From NCBI GenBank assembly GCA_963804995.1, contig CAWDSK010000006.1, forward strand, positions 704,001-768,000: 64,000 nt of DNA. The letters are read 5' to 3'. This DNA comes from an uncultured Acidobacteriota bacterium (GTDB taxonomy: Bacteria; Acidobacteriota; Terriglobia; UBA7540). The notes beneath the pieces were generated by a model. The model searched no databases, was not told the origin of the DNA, and saw only the letters and a program-made list of their open reading frames with translations. The translations under genes were made by a program, and so were the position numbers. Each line of letters opens with the position of its first letter. Positions within the stretch are counted from its first letter, which is position 1. Of the stretch, positions 30,015 to 39,690 are shown piece by piece.

Positions 30015-33000
30015 ATGCGACCTCTTAGGCTCACCCTCCTTTTGATTTTCGGCCTGATGGCCAGCAGCTTGCCGGCTTTCAGTGAGGCGGCCCGCGTGTG
30101 GCAGGGCGACCTCCAAATTCCCACCTACCAACTCGGCGCGGAAGACCCCAACCCGCCGTTTGCCATCGCAGGCCGTGGTGGTGTGTACCCTTACCCGATG
30201 CTCGACGACCTGACGGGCCGGCTGGAGACGAAAACGTACAAGGCAGTCTTCCTGGAAAATGAGTATTTGAAAGCCATCGTTCTTCCCGAACTGGGAGGTC
30301 ACCTCTATTCGCTTTACGACAAGGTCAACAAGCGCGAAGTGCTGTACCGCAACCACGTGGTGAAGTACGGTCTGGTGGCGCTGCGCGGCGCCTGGATGTC
30401 AGGCGGCATCGAATTCAATTTCCCCAACGGGCACACGGTGGTGACGGTCTCGCCCGTGGCCTTCACGACTCTGCAGGGATCGGATGGCAGCGCGACGGTC
30501 GTGGTCGGTGACGTGGACCAGGATACGGAGATGCATTGGGAAGTGGCGCTCGCGCTCCGCCCGGGTGTGGCGCGGTTAGAGCAGCACGTGACGCTTTTCA
30601 ACTCGACGCCACTCGCGAATCTATACTGGTTCTGGGCAAACGCGGCGGTTCCCTCGACCGACGACATGCAGTTCATCTATCCCATGCGGGAAGCCAATCC
30701 ACACGAAAGGGGTGTGCTCTGGTCGTACCCGATTCACGACGGCGTCGATTACAGCCAGCCGAAAAATGTTCGCCAGCCGACCTCGCTTTTCGCCCACGAT
30801 GTTCACCGCAGCTTTTTTGGCGCGTACTATGCGAAGTCCGATTACGGCGTCGTGCACGTTGCCGATTTCCGGGAAGTTCCCGGGAAGAAAGTCTGGACCT
30901 GGGGAATGGCGGACGACGGCGCGATCTGGACTGATCTGCTGACCGACCACGACGGGCCTTACAACGAAATCCAAGCCGGCCGTTATGAAACGCAACTGAC
31001 CTATGAATTCATCCCGCCCCGGCAGGCGGAGTCGTTTACGGAGTTCTGGTATCCGGTCGGGAAGCTCGATGGAGGCTTCGTGGAAGCCACCTCGCTTCTC
31101 GCGCTGAATGCGAATTTTTTTCCGGCGAAGCCGGGCACTCCGCAACACGCGGAGTTTTCGCTTTTCCCGACCATGGCGATCAAGGGAGCCAAGGTTCGTG
31201 TCCAGTTGGGCGGGCAGACGCTGAAAGATTTTGGACCCGTTTCCTTTGAGCCCATGACCGCCATCAAAGTGGGCGTGCCGGTAACGGATTTAGATGCCGC
31301 CAAAGCGAAGATTGAAATCACGGTCAGCGCGCCAAACGGTCAGACGATTTTGCACTGGTCGGCTGCCGATCCGATCGACGGCAACCCGGTGTTCGTCCCG
31401 GCCGCCGGAGCCCCGCCGCCACCACGCCCGCCTGCGGAGAAGCTGAGTGTCGAGGAACTCTACCTGCGCGGGGTGGGGCAGGAAAAGGGTGGCAGTGTGC
31501 AAGCCGCGGTGGAAACCTATCAGGCTGTGCTGCAGCGCGACCCGGGTTATGTGCCCGCACTCCAGAAAATGGCGTGGCAGCAGTTCCGCGGCGGAGACTT
31601 CCGCGCTGCTGAAACCTATATCACCCGCGCCCTGGGGCGCAACGGTTTCGACCCCTCGACGCTCTATGCGGCGGGAGTTGTATTCCGCGCCGCGCATCGT
31701 TGGTCCATGGCCCAGGACGCCTTTTGGGGAGTCATCCATTATGGGGGCGCGCAGGCGCCGGCGTTCGCGCAGTTGGGAGAAATCTCGATCTTTCTCCAGG
31801 ACTATACCCAGGCCGCCACGCAGTTATATCAAGCCCTCAGCCACAACCCCTACGACGCGATGGCCGGAGCGGATTTAGCCGTGTCGATGCGCCTCGCCGG
31901 CCGGCCCGCCGACGCAGCCAAGGCCATCGCGCCGGTTCTCGAACACATGCCGCTACTGCCCTATGCGCGCGCGGAGCGGTGGATCCTCCAAACCACGTCC
32001 CAGAAAGGTGCGCCGAAGCCCGCGGGCCCCGCGCCGGAGGATTGGGCGAAGCCCTACCCCCCCACGGCTGACACTTATCTCGAGGTCGCCGCGTGGTACC
32101 GGACGCTCGGCGACTTGGCAGCCTCGAACGCAATTCTCGAATCTGCCCTTGCCCATCTGCCGGCGCAGGCGATAACGCCCGTGGTCTATTACTATCTGGC
32201 GGCCAACGCGCGCGAAGAAGATAAGGACACGCAGGCTGAGGAGTTCTCCCGTCAGGGCCAGGCGGCGCGCCCTACCACGGTTTTCCCCAATCGCATGGAA
32301 GACGCCAAGGTGATCGACGCGGAGCTGAACATCCATCCCCTGGACGCGCAGGCCTCTTATTTCCTTGGGAATTACCTTTTTGCGCATGGCCGTTCTGATG
32401 ACGCGGCTCGCTATTGGCTGGGCGCCTTCGAACAGGGGTTTGAGTACTCGGTTCTGCAGCGCAATCTCGGCCTCTATGCGTGGCAGGTGAAGAATGATTT
32501 GGAGGGCGCCGCAGGTTTTTATGAGAATGCGGTCAAGCTGGCTCCGGAAGACTACCGGCTCTACACGGACCTGGATGAGATTTACTTCCGCCTGGGGCAC
32601 GCGGGGAGCCGGGAGAAGTTGTTTGCGGCGGCTCCGGAGGGCGTCCTGGATCGCGATTCGGTGCGGGTGCGGCGTGCCCTGTTGCTGACGCAGGAGCGGG
32701 AGTATGACCACGCCGTCCAACTCCTCAAGACCCACCACTTCAATCCCTGGGAAGGTGGGGTGGGGGTGCGCGAAATCTACGTGCTGGACTACGTGCAGAA
32801 GGGAAGGCGCGCCCTGGACGACGGGAAACCCCTGGATGCCGTCGTGGCCTTCCGCGAGGCGCTTGAGTATCCGGCCAACCTGGGCGTGGGCAAACCCGAT
32901 AAGCCGCATGACGAGGAAGCGCTGTTCTGGCTGGGCGAAGCCCTGAAGGCCCTGGACAACCTGGATGCCGCGCGCGCCGCCTGGACGCAGGCCGCAGAGG

Positions 33001-33269
33001 AAGGCAAGCGTGGTTCGGAGATTGCAAACCTGTACCGAGGCATGGCCCTGCGTCGATTGGGTCAAGTCCAGGAGGCGGACAAGGTCCTGACCGCGCTAGA
33101 GGAGGTCAAACCCGGAGAAAAGCCCGGCGCGATGCAGTGGTACGCCATGGGCTTGCTCGACTTGTTTGAGAATCGCAACGATCGGGCAGAAGCGAAGTTC
33201 CTGGCAGCACTCCATGCTGACCCGGCTTACTGGCCCGCGCGCCTCGCGCTGGACCGGGTCGCGAGGTAG
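30015..33269 (+). CDS. DUF5107-domain TPR protein with signal peptide
   Basis: ATG after AGGAG; YPY, LENEYLKAIVLPELGG, GAWMSGGIEFNFP, YWFWANAAV, PGKKVWTWG, GPYNEIQAG, FNPWEGG; TPR C-terminal half. Confidence 0.85.
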   Translation: MRPLRLTLLLIFGLMASSLPAFSEAARVWQGDLQIPTYQLGAEDPNPPFAIAGRGGVYPYPMLDDLTGRLETKTYKAVFLENEYLKAIVLPELGGHLYSLYDKVNKREVLYRNHVVKYGLVALRGAWMSGGIEFNFPNGHTVVTVSPVAFTTLQGSDGSATVVVGDVDQDTEMHWEVALALRPGVARLEQHVTLFNSTPLANLYWFWANAAVPSTDDMQFIYPMREANPHERGVLWSYPIHDGVDYSQPKNVRQPTSLFAHDVHRSFFGAYYAKSDYGVVHVADFREVPGKKVWTWGMADDGAIWTDLLTDHDGPYNEIQAGRYETQLTYEFIPPRQAESFTEFWYPVGKLDGGFVEATSLLALNANFFPAKPGTPQHAEFSLFPTMAIKGAKVRVQLGGQTLKDFGPVSFEPMTAIKVGVPVTDLDAAKAKIEITVSAPNGQTILHWSAADPIDGNPVFVPAAGAPPPPRPPAEKLSVEELYLRGVGQEKGGSVQAAVETYQAVLQRDPGYVPALQKMAWQQFRGGDFRAAETYITRALGRNGFDPSTLYAAGVVFRAAHRWSMAQDAFWGVIHYGGAQAPAFAQLGEISIFLQDYTQAATQLYQALSHNPYDAMAGADLAVSMRLAGRPADAAKAIAPVLEHMPLLPYARAERWILQTTSQKGAPKPAGPAPEDWAKPYPPTADTYLEVAAWYRTLGDLAASNAILESALAHLPAQAITPVVYYYLAANAREEDKDTQAEEFSRQGQAARPTTVFPNRMEDAKVIDAELNIHPLDAQASYFLGNYLFAHGRSDDAARYWLGAFEQGFEYSVLQRNLGLYAWQVKNDLEGAAGFYENAVKLAPEDYRLYTDLDEIYFRLGHAGSREKLFAAAPEGVLDRDSVRVRRALLLTQEREYDHAVQLLKTHHFNPWEGGVGVREIYVLDYVQKGRRALDDGKPLDAVVAFREALEYPANLGVGKPDKPHDEEALFWLGEALKALDNLDAARAAWTQAAEEGKRGSEIANLYRGMALRRLGQVQEADKVLTALEEVKPGEKPGAMQWYAMGLLDLFENRNDRAEAKFLAALHADPAYWPARLALDRVAR

Positions 33270-33285
33270 CCCGGATTTCTTATCG

Positions 33286-33354
33286 AGGAGGGGAGTTTAA
33301 AGCGGAACTCCCCTCCTAATTTAGGAGGGGTGGCGCTCAGAGCGCCGGGGTGGT
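33286..33354. repeat. REP-like element, family R3
   Basis: aggaggggagtt...aactcccctcctaatttaggaggggtggcgctcagagcgccggggtggt between convergent genes. Confidence 0.75.
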
Positions 33355-33434
33355 TACAGAGCGCCGGGGCGGTTTTCCGCAGTGTGGTGTTTCCCCGCAG
33401 CCTGTTCAGCCCTGCCGTGTCTGGACCTTCCCAA

Positions 33435-34433
33435 CTATTCCGTAGAAGAAACCGCGGCTAGGCCATGAGCTGTCGGCACAAGCCGTTCGAGGGCATCCTG
33501 CTGGGCAGGGATCAGTTCTTCCGCCAGGCTGACCAGCGCGTGCAAGTTTGTATTGCTGGTGTCATCCATGTCGTCATTCCCTTTATCCAGCCGTGGCTCA
33601 AATCGGTAATAGCGGCGCGTGGGTCCCGCAGCCGGCAGCATCTGGGTCATCTGGTAGTCGACGGTCACGCTGACGCCGTGGAAGACCACGCTCAGAATGG
33701 GTAACGCCCAGCCCGCCACGCCCCAGTCCTTCGCGTCCGCAAAGTGAATGGGGCGCGTCAGTTCGCCGGTCCCGAGCGAAACAACCAGATAATCATCGGC
33801 CTGCGGGAACGCTTTCTTGGCCTCGGCAAATGCACAGAGGGTAGGATTGTTGGCGTAAACTCCGCCATCGATCCAGGCGTGGTATGCGGGAGAACCATCC
33901 GAAGGATACTTGAGGGGCTCGAAATACGTGGGTGCGGCGGAGGTGGCTCGGGCCACTACCTTCATGGGGTAGTCGAAGTCAGGAAAGCGCCTGGCATTGC
34001 GACTCTTGAAGAACCAGGGAATGCGCCGCTCGATTTCGTAACTGGTGATGATCACTTCCTTCAGAGCTTCCTTGAGACGCGTCTCGGCAAAATATCTTTC
34101 CAACACATCTTCGATGCCTGTCGCCTGGTAACGTTCCTCAAGTAAATTCCCGATGGCGCGAATCCGGTGCCAGACGCTGCGGGAGAAGATCTCCTGGCCC
34201 TCGTTCTCGTAAAGTGCGACGAGTTGCTGCGCGCTGTACGCCGGCTTCCCCGCCCCGTCAGGCTTGGTCAGGGCCAAGGCCAGAATGCCGCCTGTAGAGG
34301 TGCCTGCAACCAGGTCAAAGAGATCCGCAATGGGCTTCTGGGTGCGCTTTTCGATTTCCGTGAGCAGCAAAGCGGGAATGATCCCGCGAATGCCACCACC
34401 ATCGATGGCAAGGACTTTGACGATTTGAGGCAT
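33435..34433 (-). CDS. Patatin-like phospholipase
   Basis: DGGGIRG, GTSTG, SAAPTYF, DGGVYANNP, SLGTG. Confidence 0.9.
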   Translation of the reverse strand: MPQIVKVLAIDGGGIRGIIPALLLTEIEKRTQKPIADLFDLVAGTSTGGILALALTKPDGAGKPAYSAQQLVALYENEGQEIFSRSVWHRIRAIGNLLEERYQATGIEDVLERYFAETRLKEALKEVIITSYEIERRIPWFFKSRNARRFPDFDYPMKVVARATSAAPTYFEPLKYPSDGSPAYHAWIDGGVYANNPTLCAFAEAKKAFPQADDYLVVSLGTGELTRPIHFADAKDWGVAGWALPILSVVFHGVSVTVDYQMTQMLPAAGPTRRYYRFEPRLDKGNDDMDDTSNTNLHALVSLAEELIPAQQDALERLVPTAHGLAAVSSTE

Positions 34434-35208
34434 GGAACCCTCCTGGAATCAGTTTATCCGAAAGTATAGTGCTTGACATGTTAATACTGCGAATCCCGGT
34501 CAAACGCAACAGGGTGGGTGGCACCCGCGCTGTTTAGCCCCAAGGGGGCGCAAAGGCAAAGTAGCGCAGGGCCCGCGGTTGTAGGTCCGCCAATCTTAAT
34601 GGCGGACGGCTTTTCCACAGTGCCGTGCTTTGGGCGGGACGGGTGAGGGGTTACTTCACCACCCGATGAGCGGACCCGCACCCAACTACGGAACTAGCAG
34701 CGCCTTTTCTAGTTTGGTTGCGGCCCGGCCGCAGTGCGATATTTACGCCGCGGCGCTTCGCCCCAGACAAGTTCTCGGACAATGGGTCGCTGGCCTTGCA
34801 TTTTGGGGCTACCGGTAGCCCGAAAGTGATTCTTGCCTATTGACTTCGCCAATAATTAAGAGCAAAATAAAGCTGAGGTTACAGGCAGCGTTTCGGTACG
34901 GAATTTTATTCGCCTGCCGTGGATCTTCCTGATGCCCTTAAACGAGCAGCGCAAGATGAGTCCGGCTATGCTGGCGCCGTTACCTATGTATCACACCCAC
35001 GTCCTGCTGAGTGCGAATGGCGGGGCGGTCCAGCCGTTCAGCCAAGATAGAGTTGGAACGACGCTGGCTGCTAGTCGGACAAGCGTAGGGCAGCCCTCCA
35101 AGGCTCGGGCGATACGTCTGACTTTTTGCCATTTACAGATTGTCAATTTGTCCGCTAAGATGAGGCCGGGATGCACAATTCAGAAAAACATCAAAATGAA
35201 GAGTGCTC

Positions 35209-35459
35209 CCAATAACATAATGAAAACAAAGGGTCGTAAAACGACACAATGTCGCCTACCCAATAACTCATGCAAAACAATAGGTTTATCGAATATGCCA
35301 ATAACTTACTGAAAATGCATGAGATATCATAGTTCAAGGGTCCCCAGATCACCCAAAAGCCGCTCAAACCCCCACTAGGCCAATAACTTTAAGAAAATAA
35401 ATAACTTGCACGTTGCAGCTCAAGGCGATGCCAATAAGTTTATGAAAAGGCTGGAGATA
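35209..35459 (+). repeat. Array of five degenerate ~29-nt AT-rich direct repeats (CCAATAA...GAAAA), IHF-site-like
   Basis: Copies start at 35209, 35260, 35298, 35380 and 35431; a perfect WATCAANNNNTTR match lies at 35543-35555. Confidence 0.7.
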
Positions 35460-35905
35460 TTAACAGGAAGGAAATGTCCACTCTCTGGACATGGGAAACC
35501 TTCGGCTAGGAGTGTGTCGGAAATAATAATTCGTCAACGAAGAATCAACAACTTACAGACACTCGAACCTCGCTAAGTTATTAATTCTACGTACAACGAA
35601 ATCTATCTCCGACGGGCTCCTAGGGCGCAATGATCGGTACGTTACAGGGGGTTCGCCGCACAGTCACCTCCACCGATTTGACCCGCCCGTGACACACCCC
35701 CCCACATCGGTTATCGGTGGATTTGAATACGGACATGAGCCCACAAATCAGGCGAAGGTTGACAATCACTCAATCGCCACATCACTCAATTCCTCGATGG
35801 TCCGCGAACCGGCCATCCTCCGCCTAACACTCGGCGAGGCACGGTTGTTCTGCTCTCGCTCCCTCAGACTTGGCTTCGGAGACAGCCTCTAAGGCGGCGG
35901 GAGTG

Positions 35906-37547
35906 CTAGTGATGCCCGCCACCTGGGCTGGCAGAATGCGAGCTACCCGAGGCGCTGGGGCCGGATGGCGGAGCGCTGTTCGATACGCTACCGCCACCTC
36001 CGCCACCGGCGTGCGTCATGCCACCCCCGCCACCGGGGTTCGAAGACGCTGAGGCCTGCCCATGGGGCAATATTGCGGGTCCCGCACCGCCTCCGCGCAG
36101 GGACTCCGGTCCTCGGGAGCCATTCATCCCTCGCGCCCCTACGCCCTTGAAGGCATCGCCCCGGAACTCACCCCCTGTGCCACCCACATTGAATCGGCCC
36201 CCCAGGGTTGTCCCCGTCTGGGCACGCAGTGGCTGATGACTGCTGTGACGAGCTTCGAGCACGCGCGCTTTCCTTCACCGGGTCGCCTCCCATCAGGATG
36301 GTAGTTGGAGCAAGAGTGTGCCCCACTGCCGCCAGTGAGATTCCCCCGCTGATGGACGACGCGCTCGCTGCCCGCGGACTTCCGGAGAGCGTCGCTCCCT
36401 CGCCGGCTTGGAAAGCCACTTGCCGCACCCTCGTCCCTGCATCGGGCCGTACGTGAGCCACAATTTGGGGGGTAATCAATTGCCCAGTCTGGATAGCGCT
36501 TCCGGGAACCGTGGTCACCAGATTCATACCCGGCCGGCCGTGGGTTCCATAGGGCGCCCAACCCACCCAGCCCGGCCCCAAATACCAGGAAACCAAAGCC
36601 GGCGACCAGGCGCCAAAGCTCCCCGGCATCCAGAACCAGCCAAAGGTGGGGTCAAAGTTCCACAGGCCGTAGTGATAAGGAAGCCAGCCCCAGGGGTCGC
36701 CGGAAATCCAGGTCATACCCATGCCGGAGTAGAAGTCCCACATCCCCATGCTGTAAGGTGACCAGCCCGCCTGCGCATAAGGCGCCCAGCCATTTCCGTA
36801 CCCGGGAATGTAGGCCCACTCGCCATAGGTGTTGAGATCACTCCAGCCATAAAGTGGTCCAGGGCTTGAAACGGCCTGATCCCGCAAGGACAGTTGGGCT
36901 TGCGTATCGCGGGCATCCGTCCATTTATCCCACGCGTCCTTGGTAATTCCATGCTGGACGTTCATGGCGACTTCCGGAGTGCTGGTCGAGTACTCCAGCA
37001 CTTTATCCTTGCCGAGTTTTTCGCTTCCGGAGGGTGCCACCACTTCAACCGAACCGTTGAACACTTCCACTCGAACCCGGCCCTCGCGGAGATCTGTCCG
37101 GAATTCCGTTTTGCCGTTGGGAGTCAAGGTGGCGTCCGCGATCTTGACGCTATAAGTGTCGCGATGTTCGGGCACGAAATGAAAAGTGGCGTACCCCGCA
37201 TCGAAGGTGAGGCGGTTCAACTTGTTGCCTTCTCCATCCAGGGCCAGTTCACTGAAACCCACCTTGGAGAGCGCGCCCAGCCGGGCTGTCGAACCATTCT
37301 CAAATTCCACCTCGGCAAAACTATTGTCGGAGGTCGACACCTCGAAGCCTTGCTGAATGGGCGTGTTCACGAGCGCCTTGGCCCATTCGGTCGAATCAGG
37401 CCGCCTTATTCCCACCGTGCCGCTTACGTAGCTTAGCCGCACCACACGCACGTGCGAGACGGCTTGTTGGGCCAAAAGGGCGGCGGGCAAAAGGAAGAGT
37501 CCCGCGACCATCGCGGGCAGACTGAAGCGTAAGGCGGGGCTTCTCAT
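35906..37547 (-). CDS. FecR-domain / DUF6600-like exported protein, apparent +1 frameshift near 36263
   Basis: Signal peptide; SHVRVVRLSYVSG, AEVEFENGSTARLG; DLNTYGEW...GWAPY...PWGWLPYHYGLW; Gly/Ser-rich tail ending GGGHH continues in ORF 35906-36262. Confidence 0.75.
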
Positions 37548-37747
37548 GAATGGCCTCCTCAGAATTGCTGATAGTCATTATATGCCAAAAAAAAACCCGG
37601 GGTTGGATGATTAACCGTGAAGCTGGATTTTCGTGGCGAAACTTTCTTGCTGAGATAACACGATCTGACGGGTTTGCAATGCAGAGATTTGACAGGCCCT
37701 TTCTCTGCGTCTCAGCGCCTCTATTGAGACCGATGCAGGGATCACGG

Positions 37748-37888
37748 GGGTACGGCGAGACCGGTGTGGACGTCGCCACGGCGCGCGCCCGAATCCCGCT
37801 CTTGAACCTGGTGGGCGGCGACCCCCTGGCGATCGAGCGTCATTTCCAGTCGATGACCGGGGCTATTCATCCTTACCGGCCGATATGA
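37748..37888 (+). pseudogene. Possible remnant of a mandelate racemase/enolase-family dehydratase N-terminus
   Basis: GYGETG...ARARI...LVGGDPLAIERHFQSM resembles the capping domain; no start or remainder seen; lies just upstream of a sugar-acid-type MFS. Confidence 0.35.
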
Positions 37889-38035
37889 GTACGTCGTATT
37901 GTGCGAATTCCGTTACGGGTCAACCCTTGATAGTCTTCTTCAGAAAGCTCGCTCATTGCGGAACACCAGCTTGCCATTCCTATCGATTCGTGGCAATCTT
38001 TTGGTCCGTGCGGCTTCGACGTTTCAAATTTGTTA

Positions 38036-39315
38036 ATGGAATCTGCAAAGCCAACTCGGATTCGCTGGCTGCTGGTGGGCTGGATCGCTTTGATGGGTGC
38101 GACCAGCTTTCTTGACCGCGTTAACCTCTCCATTGCCGGGCATTCGCTCGTGCAGGATTTTCAACTCACGAACGCGCAGCTCGGCCGGATCTTCAGCGCC
38201 TTCTACGTTGGGTATGCACTCTGTCAGATCGCCGGCGGCTGGGCGGCGGACCGCTGGGGCCCACGACAGGTGCTCGCCTTCGGAGCCACGTGGTGGGCCG
38301 TCTTCACGGCGCTTACCGCCAGCATCCCCGTCGGCATCCCGCGCGTGTTCCTTTTATTGTGGGCCGTACGCTTCCTGCTGGGCGTGGGCGAGTCCGTCAT
38401 GTACCCAAGCTCCAATCTGTGGGTGGCAAACTGGGTGCCCTCGGCGGAGCGCGGTCTCGCCAACGGATTGATCTTTGCCGGCGTGGGAGCAGGTTCCGCG
38501 TTCACACCTCCCATTATCGCTTCCCTGATGCTTCACTTCGGGTGGCGCACGGCCTTCTGGGTCTGCGCGGGATTGGGACTGGTAGTGGCCGTAGGATGGT
38601 TTGCCTTGGCGCGCGATCATCCCGACCATCATCCCTGGGTGAACGACCCGGAAAGAAAGTGGATTCGGGAGGGGCTTCCGCAACGCGACCAGGGGAGGGA
38701 CCCAGACTTTCCTGGGGCACGATCCTCGGCTGCCGGGAAGTCTGGACCATCACCTTCAGTTACTTCTGCTACGGGTACGTCGCCGTCATCTTTTTCACCT
38801 GGTTCTACATCTACCTTACCAAGGAGCGGGGACTGAACCTCCAGACCGGTAGCTACTACGGCATGTTGCCCTTCATCGCCATGGCGCTGGGTTCCGCCCT
38901 GGGCGGCTGGATTGCAGACGCGGTCAGCCGGCGCTTTGGCCGCTGGTGGGGACGGTGCGGAGTGGCGGCAATCGGAATGGCAGGCGCGGCAGTGTTCGTT
39001 GCCGCCGGCGCCGATGCCAAGAGTGCGGCCGCGGCCAGCGTGATTCTGGCGGGCGGGGCGGGCTCACTTTATATTTCCCAGAGCGCATTCTGGGCGCTCT
39101 CAGCGGATTTGGGCGGGCCCTCCTCCGGCTCACTTTCCGGCTTCATGAACATGGGAGGCCAAATCGGGGGCGCGGTGACAGCGGCTCTTACCCCTGTGCT
39201 CGCTGACCGTTTTGGCTGGACCACAGCGTTCCTCACCGCCGCTGGCTTGTGTGCCCTGGGCGCGGCAGTGTGGCTGACCGTCGATCCCAACAAAACCCTT
39301 ACGGCGCGAGATTAA
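38036..39315 (+). CDS. MFS transporter (glucarate/galactonate-type), apparent one-base deletion near 38695
   Basis: RIRW, FLDRVNLSIA, RFLLGVGESVMYP, ERGLANG in ORF 38030; LSWGTIL...YFCYGY...GFMNMGGQIGG in ORF 38290; the switch falls in a G-rich run. Confidence 0.85.
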
Positions 39316-39450
39316 CCGATCAGCACCACCGCCTTATCATGTCAGCACCACCCCGGCATTCCCTTTTCAGCACCACCCCGTCGCTCAGCCCCGATGATCA
39401 ATTTGGAAAAAACACGTTATCGGGGCACGGCGCGCCACCTCTCCTCATCT

Positions 39451-39620
39451 GAGGCGGGGAGTTCCGCAACAACTCCCCTCCTGATTTAGAGCCTGCCCTG
39501 AGCCTGTCGAAGGAGAGGGGTGGCGCTCCGAGCGACGGGGTGGTTACCTCGCCGGATGGCGGCGTCCCGATCGGATCGGGATGAATGCCGCCGCCTCTAC
39601 ATCAAACCGCACCACTACCC
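39451..39620. repeat. Composite repeat: R3 REP with a 25-nt insert, fused to the right half of the 29795 element
   Basis: ctcccctcctgatttag[agcctgccctgagcctgtcgaagga]gaggggtggcgctccgagcgacggggtggt then ttacctcgcc..atggcggcgtcccgatcggatcgggatgaatgccgccgcctctac..accactaccc. Confidence 0.8.
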
Positions 39621-39690
39621 GCGACCTGCCATTCTTTTCCGAATCCCCGATATGATATAGTTTGGCCGCCCGTTCCAGGGGGCGACCGGC

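Noticed and set aside
33435..34433. CBASS CapV effector
   Set aside because: Patatin motifs are present but no CD-NTase or other defence genes are adjacent.
35209..35459. CRISPR array
   Set aside because: Repeats are degenerate, spacing is irregular (38-82 nt) and no cas genes are present.
34800..35650. Replication origin
   Set aside because: AT-rich with IHF-like sites, but I saw no cluster of DnaA boxes and no origin-linked genes.
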